From the IMG/VR virus record IMGVR_UViG_3300045960_000114, positions 32,001-96,000 of that record: a stretch of DNA of 64,000 nt. One strand, 5' to 3'. Numbering within the stretch: position 1 is the first letter of the stretch; each line of letters starts with the position of its first letter. Below the pieces are notes generated by a model. The model ran no database searches. It saw nothing but the letters and a program-made list of their open reading frames with translations, and was not told the origin of the DNA. Shown piece by piece: positions 17,574-27,690 of the stretch. The position numbers were made by a program, and so were the translations under genes. The DNA comes from a virus.

Positions 17574-20387
17574 ATGTCCAGCTACGTTCTGCCGCAGGTC
17601 CTGGTCTTCCAGGAGTTCTTGAGCCGTCCGACGGCGCTGAATCAGCCTGCCAATGCCGTGATCATCGGCGAGCAGTTCCAGTTGTTCCGTTACGCCGTGG
17701 AGTCGGAGAAGGTCAAAACCAAGGTGACCGGTTCGTACGATTACCTGAATGACACCTGCTACGCGTGGCCTGGCCGCACGGCTGGCAATGAGGTGGACCA
17801 GACCTACACGCGCGTGTTCATCGATGACGCGCTACTGAAATACTTCAACGATCCGGTGGGTTCAGGTTCGAACATCAACTGGGTTGCCCCCGGCAAGAAC
17901 CGGATCCGCGCCGACAGCCTGGTCTTCCAGACGGCCAATGGCTACACGCGCTCTGCTGCCTTCCTGCGCGATGTCCAGGTCGGTGACGTCGTCAAGATTC
18001 TGGGCAATGACTGCGGCTCGGCCCTTCAGTTCTGGAGCACGGTCATCGGCCTGATCGCCGACACGGAAGCCTCGTCCATCGGTTCGGTCGTGGATGAGTC
18101 GACTAACCACGCGGCCACGACACTGTCGAAGGCCGTGTCAAAGACGGGTGGCACGACCAACAACGTCACCCTGACCGTCGGCAATGTCAATGTCACCACC
18201 TACGACGGGCTGGCCGATGGAAACCCCTCGGAGGTCTACACAGTTGAGGTGATCGGCGGCGGCGGACAGAATCAGGCCATCCTGCGAGTCACTTCCCAGT
18301 CCGGGAACGATGATGTTTCCAGCGTGATCTTCGATGTGGCGTTTGGTGCGCCTTTCGCCATCGGGACGCGCGGCCTGAAGGCCACGTTTACGTTGGTTGG
18401 CTCCACGAGCTACACGGATGACATCTTCCTGATCGGCCAGACGTGGGAGATCAGCGCCTCGCAGGCATGGACGCCCACGGTTCCTTCCAGCAGCGGCGAC
18501 TACATCGGGCCGTCCGATACGACCTACGTGGCCACCGTCACGCTGGGCGGCAAGTTCAACGCCACCACCAAGCCCCAGATCACCGTTTCCACAACCACGG
18601 GCATCGACATCTCTGGTCCGACGAACGTGACCGCTCCGGCGTCCGCCGTCCAGGTTGGAACACAAGGGGTATTCATTTCCTTCGCCGGCATCGCGACGGA
18701 TGGTCTGTGCAAGGGTGACCGCTACAACATCGCGGTGACCGCCTCTGCGCCGGGACCGATCCGCACGCTGGTCCTGGCCAACAACCTGCCGGAAGGGTTG
18801 CGCGGGTGGTGCCCCGTATCGGGTTCTTCGGGGTCCAGCCTGAGCAGCGGCTCAGTGCCTGACCTGGATGTGACGCTCTACATCAAGAAGAACATCGAGG
18901 TCCCCGAGACGCGCTCACTGGGCGTGTCGAACTGGACGCAGTCCGATACCGAGATCTGCATCGCAGCCGGTATCACGGCGTACGATTCCAGCTGGGCTTC
19001 CGGCGGTACGCTGGTTGCGCTGCCCGTCGAGGGTGGCAAGGTCTACGTGCAGCACCGCGACCGCGTGGCTAAGAACGCGGACGTGGTCGGAAGCATCACG
19101 GATGTGTCGGAGATCCCGGTCGTCTTCGCGCCTGCCGCTGAGATCGACCCGGACAACCCCCTGGTGTTCGGAGCGTACAATGCGTTGCTGAACGCCAATG
19201 GTGAGACGGTCTACTTCATTGCCGTCCGCAGCCATTCGCCGGTCACGCTGGCCGATTGGCTCACCGCCCTCTCCTACCTGGAAGGGCGAAATGACGTCTA
19301 CTCCCTGGTTCCGATGACTCAGGACAAGCAGGTGCTGGATGCTGTTGTGGCGCACTGCGAGTCCCAGTCTTCGCCTGAACGAGGTCGCTGGCGCATCTGC
19401 TGGCTCAACATGGCCGCTGTCGAGACCATCGGGGTATACACGACCTCCGTTGTCAACCCCGGCGAACCCGTGCTGGCCACCATCGAAGACGACCCCGATA
19501 CGGGCGGCACGCAGTACACGATCGTTGAGGCGGCTGGTGAGACGTTCATCACCAAGGGTGTCCGTCCCAATGATACGGTCCGCGCGCTCTACACCACGGA
19601 CGGCTTCGGAAACATCACCTACTCCGAGTTCATCGTGGATGAGGTGCTCAACGAGGAAACGATTCGGCTGTTCAGCGGACCTGACGCGCCTGTCCTGATC
19701 CCGAGCAAGATCGAGATCTGGCGGACGCTCAGTAAGACCGAGGTTTCGGCTAACCTGGCACAGAACCCCGGCCTGTTCAGTAGCCGGCGCGCCTACCTCA
19801 TCTGGCCGGACACGGTTGGTAATGCCGGCAAGACGTTCCCCGGCTATTACCTGTGCGCCGCGCTGGCCGGTCTGCGATCCGGCGTCCAGCCGCACCAGGG
19901 TCTGACCAACGTCGAAATCCTCGGATTCGACGACCTGAGCCGAACGACGGAATACTTCACCGAGACGCAGCTGAACGTGATGGCGTCTTCCGGTTACTGG
20001 ATCGTGACTCAGGATCCGAACACGGGCGCTGTCTTTACACGGCATCAGCTGTCCTGCGGCGATCAGTCGGATGTCAATCAGCGTGAGCAGAGCATCACGA
20101 CCAATCTGGACAACATCTCCTACGGGATGTTGGAAGCGTTGGCGCCCTACATCGGCAAGGGCAACGTGACGACCACGATGATCAGCATTGTGGAAGGCAT
20201 CCTGATTGGCAAGCTGCAGGAGTACAAGAACAACACGGTCGTGCCGCGCTTGGGACCGCAGATCTCGGCGGCCACGATCACCGAACTGGCACAGCACCCG
20301 ACGTATAAGGACCGCATCGTAGCGCGGGTCCTCTGTACGCTGCCTGCGCCGTTCAATAACATGGAACTCTATTTAGTCGTGCAGTAG
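17574..20387 (+). CDS. Contractile tail sheath protein (~937 aa)
   Basis: AGGAG RBS; sheath-like C-terminus (YSLVPMTQD, YYLCAALAGLRSG, HQGLTN, REQSITTNLDNISY, LPAPFNNMEL); tube gene follows. Confidence 0.85.
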   Translation: MSSYVLPQVLVFQEFLSRPTALNQPANAVIIGEQFQLFRYAVESEKVKTKVTGSYDYLNDTCYAWPGRTAGNEVDQTYTRVFIDDALLKYFNDPVGSGSNINWVAPGKNRIRADSLVFQTANGYTRSAAFLRDVQVGDVVKILGNDCGSALQFWSTVIGLIADTEASSIGSVVDESTNHAATTLSKAVSKTGGTTNNVTLTVGNVNVTTYDGLADGNPSEVYTVEVIGGGGQNQAILRVTSQSGNDDVSSVIFDVAFGAPFAIGTRGLKATFTLVGSTSYTDDIFLIGQTWEISASQAWTPTVPSSSGDYIGPSDTTYVATVTLGGKFNATTKPQITVSTTTGIDISGPTNVTAPASAVQVGTQGVFISFAGIATDGLCKGDRYNIAVTASAPGPIRTLVLANNLPEGLRGWCPVSGSSGSSLSSGSVPDLDVTLYIKKNIEVPETRSLGVSNWTQSDTEICIAAGITAYDSSWASGGTLVALPVEGGKVYVQHRDRVAKNADVVGSITDVSEIPVVFAPAAEIDPDNPLVFGAYNALLNANGETVYFIAVRSHSPVTLADWLTALSYLEGRNDVYSLVPMTQDKQVLDAVVAHCESQSSPERGRWRICWLNMAAVETIGVYTTSVVNPGEPVLATIEDDPDTGGTQYTIVEAAGETFITKGVRPNDTVRALYTTDGFGNITYSEFIVDEVLNEETIRLFSGPDAPVLIPSKIEIWRTLSKTEVSANLAQNPGLFSSRRAYLIWPDTVGNAGKTFPGYYLCAALAGLRSGVQPHQGLTNVEILGFDDLSRTTEYFTETQLNVMASSGYWIVTQDPNTGAVFTRHQLSCGDQSDVNQREQSITTNLDNISYGMLEALAPYIGKGNVTTTMISIVEGILIGKLQEYKNNTVVPRLGPQISAATITELAQHPTYKDRIVARVLCTLPAPFNNMELYLVVQ

Positions 20388-20400
20388 AGTTGGAATGGGC

Positions 20401-20432
20401 GGGGGCAGCCGGGCCGCAATCCGGCTGCCCCC
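20401..20432 (+). other. Intergenic 12-bp GC hairpin after the sheath gene, no U-tract
   Basis: gggggcagccgg-gccgcaat-ccggctgccccc. Confidence 0.6.
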
Positions 20433-20445
20433 CGAGGGAGATGTG

Positions 20446-20721
20446 ATGACGAAGAGCGCCGAATACCTGATCTGCCAGGCTTTGGAAGAGAAGCAGGCGT
20501 ACCCGGCTGTGTTGCAGGCGATCTACGAGAAGGGTGTTCAGCCGATCGCCAGTGGGATCGAGCGAACGCCAAAGGCATTGAGCCAGATTCTGGGTCGACT
20601 TAAGGGCGTACCTTCGCAGCAGGCGGCAGCATTGGCGCACAAGCGCATGCTGGACGCAGCAGCTGCGGCAGCGTACATGAGTAAGATGAAGAGCAGGCCG
20701 ATGATTGGTGCCGGCAGCTAA
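20446..20721 (+). CDS. Small K-x-A-motif protein inserted between sheath and tube genes
   Basis: GAGGGAG RBS; MTKSAEYLI, EEKQA. Confidence 0.65.
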   Translation: MTKSAEYLICQALEEKQAYPAVLQAIYEKGVQPIASGIERTPKALSQILGRLKGVPSQQAAALAHKRMLDAAAAAAYMSKMKSRPMIGAGS

Positions 20722-20733
20722 AGGAGACTTTCG

Positions 20734-21204
20734 ATGGCAAGAGACATCTACAACCGCAACGTTGAGCTTGGTTCGCCCATGGCTGCTGATGCCATCCGGG
20801 TTCTCCTGTCGGAAATCGGTGACGCGGACTTCCTGATGCAGTCCGTCAATTTCCGATACCAACAGACCATCACGCGTCTGTGGGAACTGGGTTCCGTCCG
20901 GGTGTTCATGTTCGCCGGGCGCACAGAAGGCGACATCCAGGCCAAGCGGGTGATTGGCCCGAAGAATGTCCAGCTGGGATTCGTCGAGAAGTACGGCGAC
21001 GTCTGTAACATGCAGAACAACCACATGACGCTGAAGCTGCAGCCTGGCTGCACGAGCATCGGTCAATTCGGCGAAGGTACGCTGACAGCCTCCGGTGTGG
21101 TGATCAACTCTGTATCGTACGCCATTCAGGCACAGGACAAGATCATCAACGAAGAGATGGCGATGATGTTCGTGCTGATGGAAAAGGGCGGCAGCGCCGG
21201 CTAA
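20734..21204 (+). CDS. Tail tube protein
   Basis: AAGGAG RBS; 156 aa, beta-rich; follows the sheath gene. Confidence 0.75.
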   Translation: MARDIYNRNVELGSPMAADAIRVLLSEIGDADFLMQSVNFRYQQTITRLWELGSVRVFMFAGRTEGDIQAKRVIGPKNVQLGFVEKYGDVCNMQNNHMTLKLQPGCTSIGQFGEGTLTASGVVINSVSYAIQAQDKIINEEMAMMFVLMEKGGSAG

Positions 21205-21263
21205 CGGCTACGCCCAAACGTACCGGGTGATCCTGGTAACGGAAACAGAAGCAGGGCAAGTAG

Positions 21264-23843
21264 ATGGCATTTACTCCTCAATCACTGATCAGAAAGTCTG
21301 ATCAGGCAGCCCATAACCAAGAGCTGTCTGGAAGCCTGTTTCTAATCGGCTCGATCGACGACGCCTTCGCTTACGCGGGCGTCTACACTGTCCGTTCAGG
21401 CGGGTGGGCGCCATTCACGGCGGTGGATATACGGCAGACATCCTGCGTCCCACTAGGTGCGCGCTCGATCAACACCTACCAGCCCAAGACGCGTGTCCTG
21501 ATCTACTTCGATCCGATGCTGGACACACCCATTATCCTGGGCGCCGTCCCGCGTGCTACGGCCAGCGCTCAGCTGGTTCTGCCCACCTCGATAGTACCCA
21601 GAAGCCGAGCAGGCTTCGTAGAAGATCCCGCCCATTACGCCTCCTTCACAGATCCACGAACGCACTACGCTGACTTCTCTGGCGGCAAGGCCATTGACTC
21701 CCTGCCGGGCGACTGGGGCAGCTTGAACGACCTCGGTGTCGGCTTCGTGGCTGGCAGGCTGATGGCCATGCTGAAGGCCAGCGAGGGCGCGCAGATCCAG
21801 GCGTTCTGGGGCGACGATCTTCTGCGGATCGTAGGCTACAACTACGAGCTGTTCAACGCGCTGGGCGAGGATCGACGCTACAACGATGAGGGCGAGTGCA
21901 ACGGCATTGAGATGGAGACGGCCTACGCCTGGGAAAGCCTTGGTTCGGCTAAAAAAGAGAATGATCCGTCACGTACTGAGTCGGGCGAGCTGAAGTTCGG
22001 TGCCGAGTACACCCCGTCAGAGCCCAAAGTAGATGACCAACTCATGTGGCCGCGCCGGGTGCTGTTCAAGGGTTATCTGGGCGACCTGCGGCGTGAGATC
22101 ATTTGCGCGCCCGATTTCGACTCGGATCCGATCAACAAATTCAGCGCGGAAACTACGAAGTATCGCGGGCTGGCGCAGATGCATCAGTCGAGCGACGGCA
22201 CCATCTTCATGCGCAGCGCGAAGGCCGTCGTGCTCGAGAAGTACAGCATCATCCCGGTGCCCAAGGAGAAGAAAGCGCCGGAAGACCCGACGGGCGATAC
22301 CAAACGGTCCAGTGACAAATTCGCTGGCGAGGGCGCGAACGTACCCGATTACAAGTGGGGGTCAGATGATCCATCGCTGCGCGCAGCTCAATTCTACGAC
22401 TACATCGCTTATGCGCTCAACAAGTACAGCACCGACGGGTTGGTGAAGCACAAGAAGGATTGGTACTACCCCGAAGAATCGGACATTGAGAAGCCGGTTG
22501 ATAAGACGGTCTACGACAAATCGTTGGACGTGTTGAAGCAGAAATTCGTGCTGGAATTGCCTACTTCTGTGGGGCTGAAGATCGATCACAGAACGGGAAG
22601 AGATTCTGTTAGGTATTACAAGGCTCGGTCCGTCATAGCGCAAGGTGATGACGGGTCGATACTTATAGAGGACGGGTTTGGCAGCTCGATCCATATGAGC
22701 GGCGGCAACATCCAGATCACCTGTCCCGGCGACGTCTTCCTGCGACCCGGGCGCAGCCTGGTGGCTATGGCTCCGTTTGATGCGGTCATCCGGGCGGGCA
22801 ACTCGGCAGACATCTCAGCGGCTAAGAAAGACGTGCGCATCAAGGCCGAACGCAACTGCATGATCATGGGCGGCAATGACAGCAGCCCGTACGGTGGCGT
22901 GCTGATCGAGAGCCGCGCGAATTCGAAGGTGACAGCTGCCGACCTCACTGAAGATGGCGAGCGGACAAAGCTGCGCGGGATCATCCTGAAGTCGCCCAGA
23001 TCCAACGTGTACAGCTACAGCCTGAACACGTACATCGGGGCGACACAGCAGGTGACCATGGACGTGCCAGAAGGCATCGTCTACACGTCGGCCAGGGAGG
23101 TCAGGTCAAAGCTGACCAGCTTGAACATTCTGTCGACGTCCGGAAACAAACAGCTGATGTCGCTTAACCCCGGCAAGTCTGTCATCTCGACGATGCTGGA
23201 CATCGGTGGCGCGGTCCGTATCGCGGACGCCGGCGGCGGCGACAGCCTGACGGTCGGTGGTTCGGTGATCATCCATGGCGGCATGAAGATTGGCAGCGGC
23301 ATCCAGAACAACGGTCCGTTCCAGTCGCGTACGTGGCCATACGTCGTTGAAATGAAGCGGGATGTCGATCTTGGCACCAAGCCGCAGCTGATCGCGCAGG
23401 AGATCAAGCAGGACGTTGCTGATGCGAACGAGAGCATTCAGGAAACAGAGAAGGAAGTCAGGACGGATGTCAATTCCCCGGTTCAGCTGAAGAGCAAGCT
23501 GGGCTTCTCCTTCCGCGACACGGTACTGGACCTGAAACTCGATTCGGACACCTTTGTGCTCTATGAGAGCCGCTGGCAACAGCTGCTGCGTAACGGACAA
23601 AATGGTAGTGGCACAGAGTGGGTTGAGCCGGAAGTGAAGTCGATGATTGGCGGCAAGGGCCAACCGTATCCAGGTTACACCGGTTGGTCGTCATGGAGCG
23701 CGTATGGGAAGGTGGATCTGCAGAACTTCGATCTGACGAAGGGTTATGCCAAGATGCGTGATTCGCTGAAGGAACAGGGCAAGTCGCCAACCAAGGCAAC
23801 ACTGAAATCAGCCTACAAGGTTGTCAAATTCGCGGAGGGATAA
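21264..23843 (+). CDS. Baseplate central spike (T4 gp5/VgrG-like)
   Basis: N-terminal OB-fold-like pattern; beta-helix-type repeats DGSILIEDGFGSSIHMSGGNIQITCPGDVFLRPGRSLV. Confidence 0.6.
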   Translation: MAFTPQSLIRKSDQAAHNQELSGSLFLIGSIDDAFAYAGVYTVRSGGWAPFTAVDIRQTSCVPLGARSINTYQPKTRVLIYFDPMLDTPIILGAVPRATASAQLVLPTSIVPRSRAGFVEDPAHYASFTDPRTHYADFSGGKAIDSLPGDWGSLNDLGVGFVAGRLMAMLKASEGAQIQAFWGDDLLRIVGYNYELFNALGEDRRYNDEGECNGIEMETAYAWESLGSAKKENDPSRTESGELKFGAEYTPSEPKVDDQLMWPRRVLFKGYLGDLRREIICAPDFDSDPINKFSAETTKYRGLAQMHQSSDGTIFMRSAKAVVLEKYSIIPVPKEKKAPEDPTGDTKRSSDKFAGEGANVPDYKWGSDDPSLRAAQFYDYIAYALNKYSTDGLVKHKKDWYYPEESDIEKPVDKTVYDKSLDVLKQKFVLELPTSVGLKIDHRTGRDSVRYYKARSVIAQGDDGSILIEDGFGSSIHMSGGNIQITCPGDVFLRPGRSLVAMAPFDAVIRAGNSADISAAKKDVRIKAERNCMIMGGNDSSPYGGVLIESRANSKVTAADLTEDGERTKLRGIILKSPRSNVYSYSLNTYIGATQQVTMDVPEGIVYTSAREVRSKLTSLNILSTSGNKQLMSLNPGKSVISTMLDIGGAVRIADAGGGDSLTVGGSVIIHGGMKIGSGIQNNGPFQSRTWPYVVEMKRDVDLGTKPQLIAQEIKQDVADANESIQETEKEVRTDVNSPVQLKSKLGFSFRDTVLDLKLDSDTFVLYESRWQQLLRNGQNGSGTEWVEPEVKSMIGGKGQPYPGYTGWSSWSAYGKVDLQNFDLTKGYAKMRDSLKEQGKSPTKATLKSAYKVVKFAEG

Positions 23844-23846
23844 ACG

Positions 23847-24578
23847 ATGCCTGACGGTTTCAGCACCCCAGCCGGCAAGAAGTTCCCAGAACCGGTGCCG
23901 GTTGAAATGGTCGACGAGGCCAGGCGGGAGGAGTACGCCGACATCACGCCTGACATTGAGGAGCCCAAGGTGCCAGAGGCGGCTCCTGCGGCAGCCCCAG
24001 TCGACCAGGTGCTAGAGGAGAAGATCGAAGCCATCTCTGATGAGGTTATCAGCTTCGTCAACGACGGCTTCCGCATGCATTTCCGCAAAGGACTGCTGGT
24101 GCTGGTGGAACCTATTCCGAAGGAAGACCTGGCCCAGCCGACTGATGATGACAAGAAGGAATTCGTAAGGAGCATCTTCGGAAGCACGGCCTACACGAAG
24201 AAGTACGTGCTGTTTGGCGGCTGCGAGGCGTTGTTCAAAGATCGTGGCGTAGCTGAGACGGAAGGTATGTACGAGGACATCAATAAATTGCATAAGAGCG
24301 GTGAAATCAATCTGGACAACGAAGCTGAAGCCACGTTGTGGATCCGCCGCTATCAGATGGCTGAGACGCTGGTGTACGTCAAGCTGCCGGATGGGACGGC
24401 AGTGTATTCCCGGGGGGAAAATTCGGACCGGAAGCAGCGCGTGAAGAAGCTATTGGAGCTGGCGCGTCCGCTTTATCAGGCTGCCTACGACACGGCGATT
24501 GACTTTGAGCGCCACATTGAGCTGCTGACGCAGAAGGCGCGTGACCCGGGTTTTTGGCGAGCCGGTGGTACAAGCTGA
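23847..24578 (+). CDS. Tail assembly chaperone (gpG analog)
   Basis: GGAGG RBS; ends just after the in-phase slippery heptamer G GGT TTT. Confidence 0.6.
   Translation: MPDGFSTPAGKKFPEPVPVEMVDEARREEYADITPDIEEPKVPEAAPAAAPVDQVLEEKIEAISDEVISFVNDGFRMHFRKGLLVLVEPIPKEDLAQPTDDDKKEFVRSIFGSTAYTKKYVLFGGCEALFKDRGVAETEGMYEDINKLHKSGEINLDNEAEATLWIRRYQMAETLVYVKLPDGTAVYSRGENSDRKQRVKKLLELARPLYQAAYDTAIDFERHIELLTQKARDPGFWRAGGTS
24548..24554 (+). other. Programmed -1 ribosomal frameshift site (GGGTTTT)
   Basis: X XXY YYZ phase is correct for ORF 23847; the -1 frame is open to 25084. Confidence 0.7.
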
Positions 24579-25084
24579 GCGTGAAGGCGTTCACACGCGG
24601 CATCTTGGACTATCCGGCGATCGACCAGCGTGACTGGAAGTGGTGGCTAAAAGAGGATCTGGCGTTGGCCGAACTGGAGGACGAGCAGATCACGGAGATG
24701 AACCGCCTGTCACATATGTGGCATTGTTCTGCCGCGCAGGTGACGGGTTGGGATGAGAAGGAGGATCTGTTCAACCACCACAAACGCCAGGCACATCACG
24801 CATACAACGTCATAGGCAAGGCCATTTTACCGTGGTATAAGAGTTGGAGATCAGAGGAAATAACTCTGGGTGAACTGTGGCGTCGGTTCAAGGAACAAGA
24901 GAAGGATCCGGCTTACGCGGCGGAACTTGCCAGGGACCGTGAAAGGCTGCGCCAGAAGGTTCGAGATACCGCAGCGGCTCAGACGCAGGAGCTTGAGATT
25001 GCCAAGGCACGCCGGGAGGCGGACAAGCAGCGTGAGCTGGCGGCCAAGGCACGCAGACCAAGGCGGGTGAAGTATGGCGCGTAA
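24554..25084 (+). CDS. Frameshift extension of the tail chaperone (gpT analog; fusion about 412 aa)
   Basis: -1 frame relative to 23847; TTG start with no evident RBS. Confidence 0.65.
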   Translation: MASRWYKLSVKAFTRGILDYPAIDQRDWKWWLKEDLALAELEDEQITEMNRLSHMWHCSAAQVTGWDEKEDLFNHHKRQAHHAYNVIGKAILPWYKSWRSEEITLGELWRRFKEQEKDPAYAAELARDRERLRQKVRDTAAAQTQELEIAKARREADKQRELAAKARRPRRVKYGA

Positions 25085-26381
25085 ACTTGTCGGACACGAC
25101 GGGCCGGCGCCCAAGGGCGGCGGCAATGCGCAGATCAAAGCGCTTGCCGAGTCGATGTCGAAGTTTGCGAATGGCGCGTCTGTGGCGCCGGTCATAGTTA
25201 AGGTGCCGGAGCCCGGCAAACACACGCACACCCACACCGAGAAGGTAGGTCCGGCGACCGCAAAAACAGAACGTATAATTGAGCGGCTGCCTGCTGGTCT
25301 ATCATCCGACACCGAATCAGTACAGCGTGTGCTATCCCCCCACAACAAGAACGAGCCGCCTGCGGCTGGCCGCGCGCTGCAGCTGATGCGTGCGCAGCAG
25401 GACGTAGAGGCGGGAAAGGGTAAGCCTAACGCCGAGCTGACCCACATCACGCGACTGATCCGGGAGGGCGGCCATAAAGCGGCTGCGGGAGTACCTCCCG
25501 AACGAGTAAGGGAGATTCTTCAGAATACCACCAGTACGATCCAGCTACCTGGCCAGTCGAAGGACCCTGACGTACGCCTTATCAATCAGAAGTTCGAAGG
25601 GCCGCTGAATCTGGCGCGCAAACGACTGAACGCACCGGATACCGGCGTGCGTATGGGTGCAGCTCAGTCAGCGCCCGACAAGCCCGTATCTGAGAGCAAG
25701 GCGATCAATGACAAGCAGGTTGTGAACCGGCTGGTGAACATGGTTGAGACCAATGAGACGTCGCACATTGGTATGGCTGACCAGGAGGCCGGCAAACCGA
25801 ATAATACGGTGATGGGTATCGGTGGGGTCAACCCGGATGCGCCTCTGGGCAACAAGGGGTTTACGCGTGGCGGGTTGATAGACGCCAAAGGCAACGCACC
25901 TGGCTTTGACCCGCGCACTGATAGGTACATCGCCAAGCATGGGAGCCAGTCGATTCTCACGCCGGCGGGTAGCCCATCCAACTGGTCTGCAGTGACACGG
26001 ATTCATCCGTCTATCACAGGCGGGCTGGTTGGTGCCTCTGGTCCTGAGGGCGACGTGAGCATGGTTCACCCCACGCCGTCATTGGTTCCGCAAAGCAGTC
26101 CTGTCTCCGCTGCAAGAGGCGCTGATCGCGTGATCTCGAGACCGCAGGGAGGAAGTAGCTCTGCCAGTGCGCTGGCGCATACCGAGGACAAGGCTCCAGC
26201 TACTCCAATCCATCCGCATGACTCGCCGGCCACTGTTCGAGGGAATGCGCCTGAAGTCATGCGGGCTTCGGGTGGCAAGGAAAGCTCAAACAACCGCAGA
26301 AGGCTCGAAGGCACCCTGAAGCTGACTGGCATGGCCGGACAGACGCTCGGCGAAGCTCAGCTCAACGCGACGGAGATGTAG
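25074..26381 (+). CDS. Low-complexity tail-associated protein in the tape-measure position
   Basis: Follows the G/GT pair; Pro/Gly/Ser-rich, not obviously helical. Confidence 0.6.
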   Translation: MARKLVGHDGPAPKGGGNAQIKALAESMSKFANGASVAPVIVKVPEPGKHTHTHTEKVGPATAKTERIIERLPAGLSSDTESVQRVLSPHNKNEPPAAGRALQLMRAQQDVEAGKGKPNAELTHITRLIREGGHKAAAGVPPERVREILQNTTSTIQLPGQSKDPDVRLINQKFEGPLNLARKRLNAPDTGVRMGAAQSAPDKPVSESKAINDKQVVNRLVNMVETNETSHIGMADQEAGKPNNTVMGIGGVNPDAPLGNKGFTRGGLIDAKGNAPGFDPRTDRYIAKHGSQSILTPAGSPSNWSAVTRIHPSITGGLVGASGPEGDVSMVHPTPSLVPQSSPVSAARGADRVISRPQGGSSSASALAHTEDKAPATPIHPHDSPATVRGNAPEVMRASGGKESSNNRRRLEGTLKLTGMAGQTLGEAQLNATEM

Positions 26382-26384
26382 TCT

Positions 26385-26867
26385 ATGCCGGACATCTTCA
26401 ACTCAAAGCCAGGGTTTGTCAGTGTCTTCACTGGCGGGTCCAACCAGGTGCTTCCCGGCAAGGTCAGGCTGGAGAATGAGAACAATCAAGCCTACGTCAT
26501 GGTGGGTGCGGATTATGACCAGGAGACGATCCAGCAATTCCAGCTGTCCATGCGCAAATCGGTCTACATCTATGTCTTTGGTGATGGCATGGGAAAGATC
26601 GTGCTGAACGGAATTCTTTTCGCTTCGACGTGTAATGGGGTCCAGGGTATGGGTGAAGTGATGCGACTCTACAACAAATACCGCGTCACCAGCGAGCAGC
26701 AAGGCGGTAAGCCTGTCAACGTCCAGCTCGACCTTGGACTGGATCAGAAGGTGATTCGGGGATACCTGACAGCGTTCACAATCAATATGAAAGGCGCTGG
26801 CTCCGACCCGGGTTCCCTCGGTCTGTTTGATTTCAGGATGACCATCAACACGCTTCCGGAGGGTTGA
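26385..26867 (+). CDS. Putative baseplate/tube-initiator protein
   Basis: 160-aa beta-rich tube-like pattern (YIYVFGDGMGKIVLNG). Confidence 0.5.
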   Translation: MPDIFNSKPGFVSVFTGGSNQVLPGKVRLENENNQAYVMVGADYDQETIQQFQLSMRKSVYIYVFGDGMGKIVLNGILFASTCNGVQGMGEVMRLYNKYRVTSEQQGGKPVNVQLDLGLDQKVIRGYLTAFTINMKGAGSDPGSLGLFDFRMTINTLPEG

Positions 26868-26868
26868 T

Positions 26869-27690
26869 ATGATCAACCATGCGCGCACACTGCTGCTTAA
26901 CAAGGACGGAAACAAGCGTCCAGGTACCGATTTCTATCTGGAGGAGTTTGTCGATCCGACGTTCCGGGTTTTGAGCTATTCCCAGGAGTTGACGGAGCTG
27001 CGCACCGTGCTTGTAGGCCGTTCACCCGATGATGGTTATCTCAACTTCCGCCTCAGGCAGTACATGACTCTGTTAGACAGCACAGAATTCGTAACGTACG
27101 TAGAGGCGCTCGATCCGCGCATCACGTACACAGGCCAGTCACCTGACGTTCAGCGCACCTACAATAAAGCCACAGCCCTGCAGGCTGAGCCGACCAGCAG
27201 CTCGTCGTCTTCGTCCTCTCCGAGCAGCGGAAGCGGCGATATCCTATTCGTGGGTGACATCGTGACGCTACCCTCAGTCGTCTATTATAAGTGGCGAATC
27301 GACGTGATTGCCCCGTTCGTGGTGAGAACCACGTTCAATCGGACTCAGCAGTATGTCGATACGGTTGTGACCATTTCGGATGGCATCACCAGCCCGATCG
27401 CCATGGCGGGTCAGCCCTCGTTCAACGTCAGAATCCGAGAGAATGTTTCCCTGCGCCCGGGTGACGCGTGGAACATCGAGTCATTCGTCGCGCCGACTGA
27501 CGATATGGCGGGCGTCGTGACACAGCTTAATGAGACTAACCCTCAGTATCTCGGTTACGTTTTCCCGTCTACAGAGCCGTACAAGACGTTCAAGGACCTG
27601 TGGAAGAAGCAGGAGATACTGTCTTACCAACTCAGTGGCTTGCTCCTGGCGTGGATCTACCGTGCCGAGGAGGAGCGCTTGCATGGCTAG
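26869..27690 (+). CDS. Putative baseplate protein with poly-Ser linker
   Basis: Operon position; TSSSSSSSSPSSGSG. Confidence 0.6.
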   Translation: MINHARTLLLNKDGNKRPGTDFYLEEFVDPTFRVLSYSQELTELRTVLVGRSPDDGYLNFRLRQYMTLLDSTEFVTYVEALDPRITYTGQSPDVQRTYNKATALQAEPTSSSSSSSSPSSGSGDILFVGDIVTLPSVVYYKWRIDVIAPFVVRTTFNRTQQYVDTVVTISDGITSPIAMAGQPSFNVRIRENVSLRPGDAWNIESFVAPTDDMAGVVTQLNETNPQYLGYVFPSTEPYKTFKDLWKKQEILSYQLSGLLLAWIYRAEEERLHG

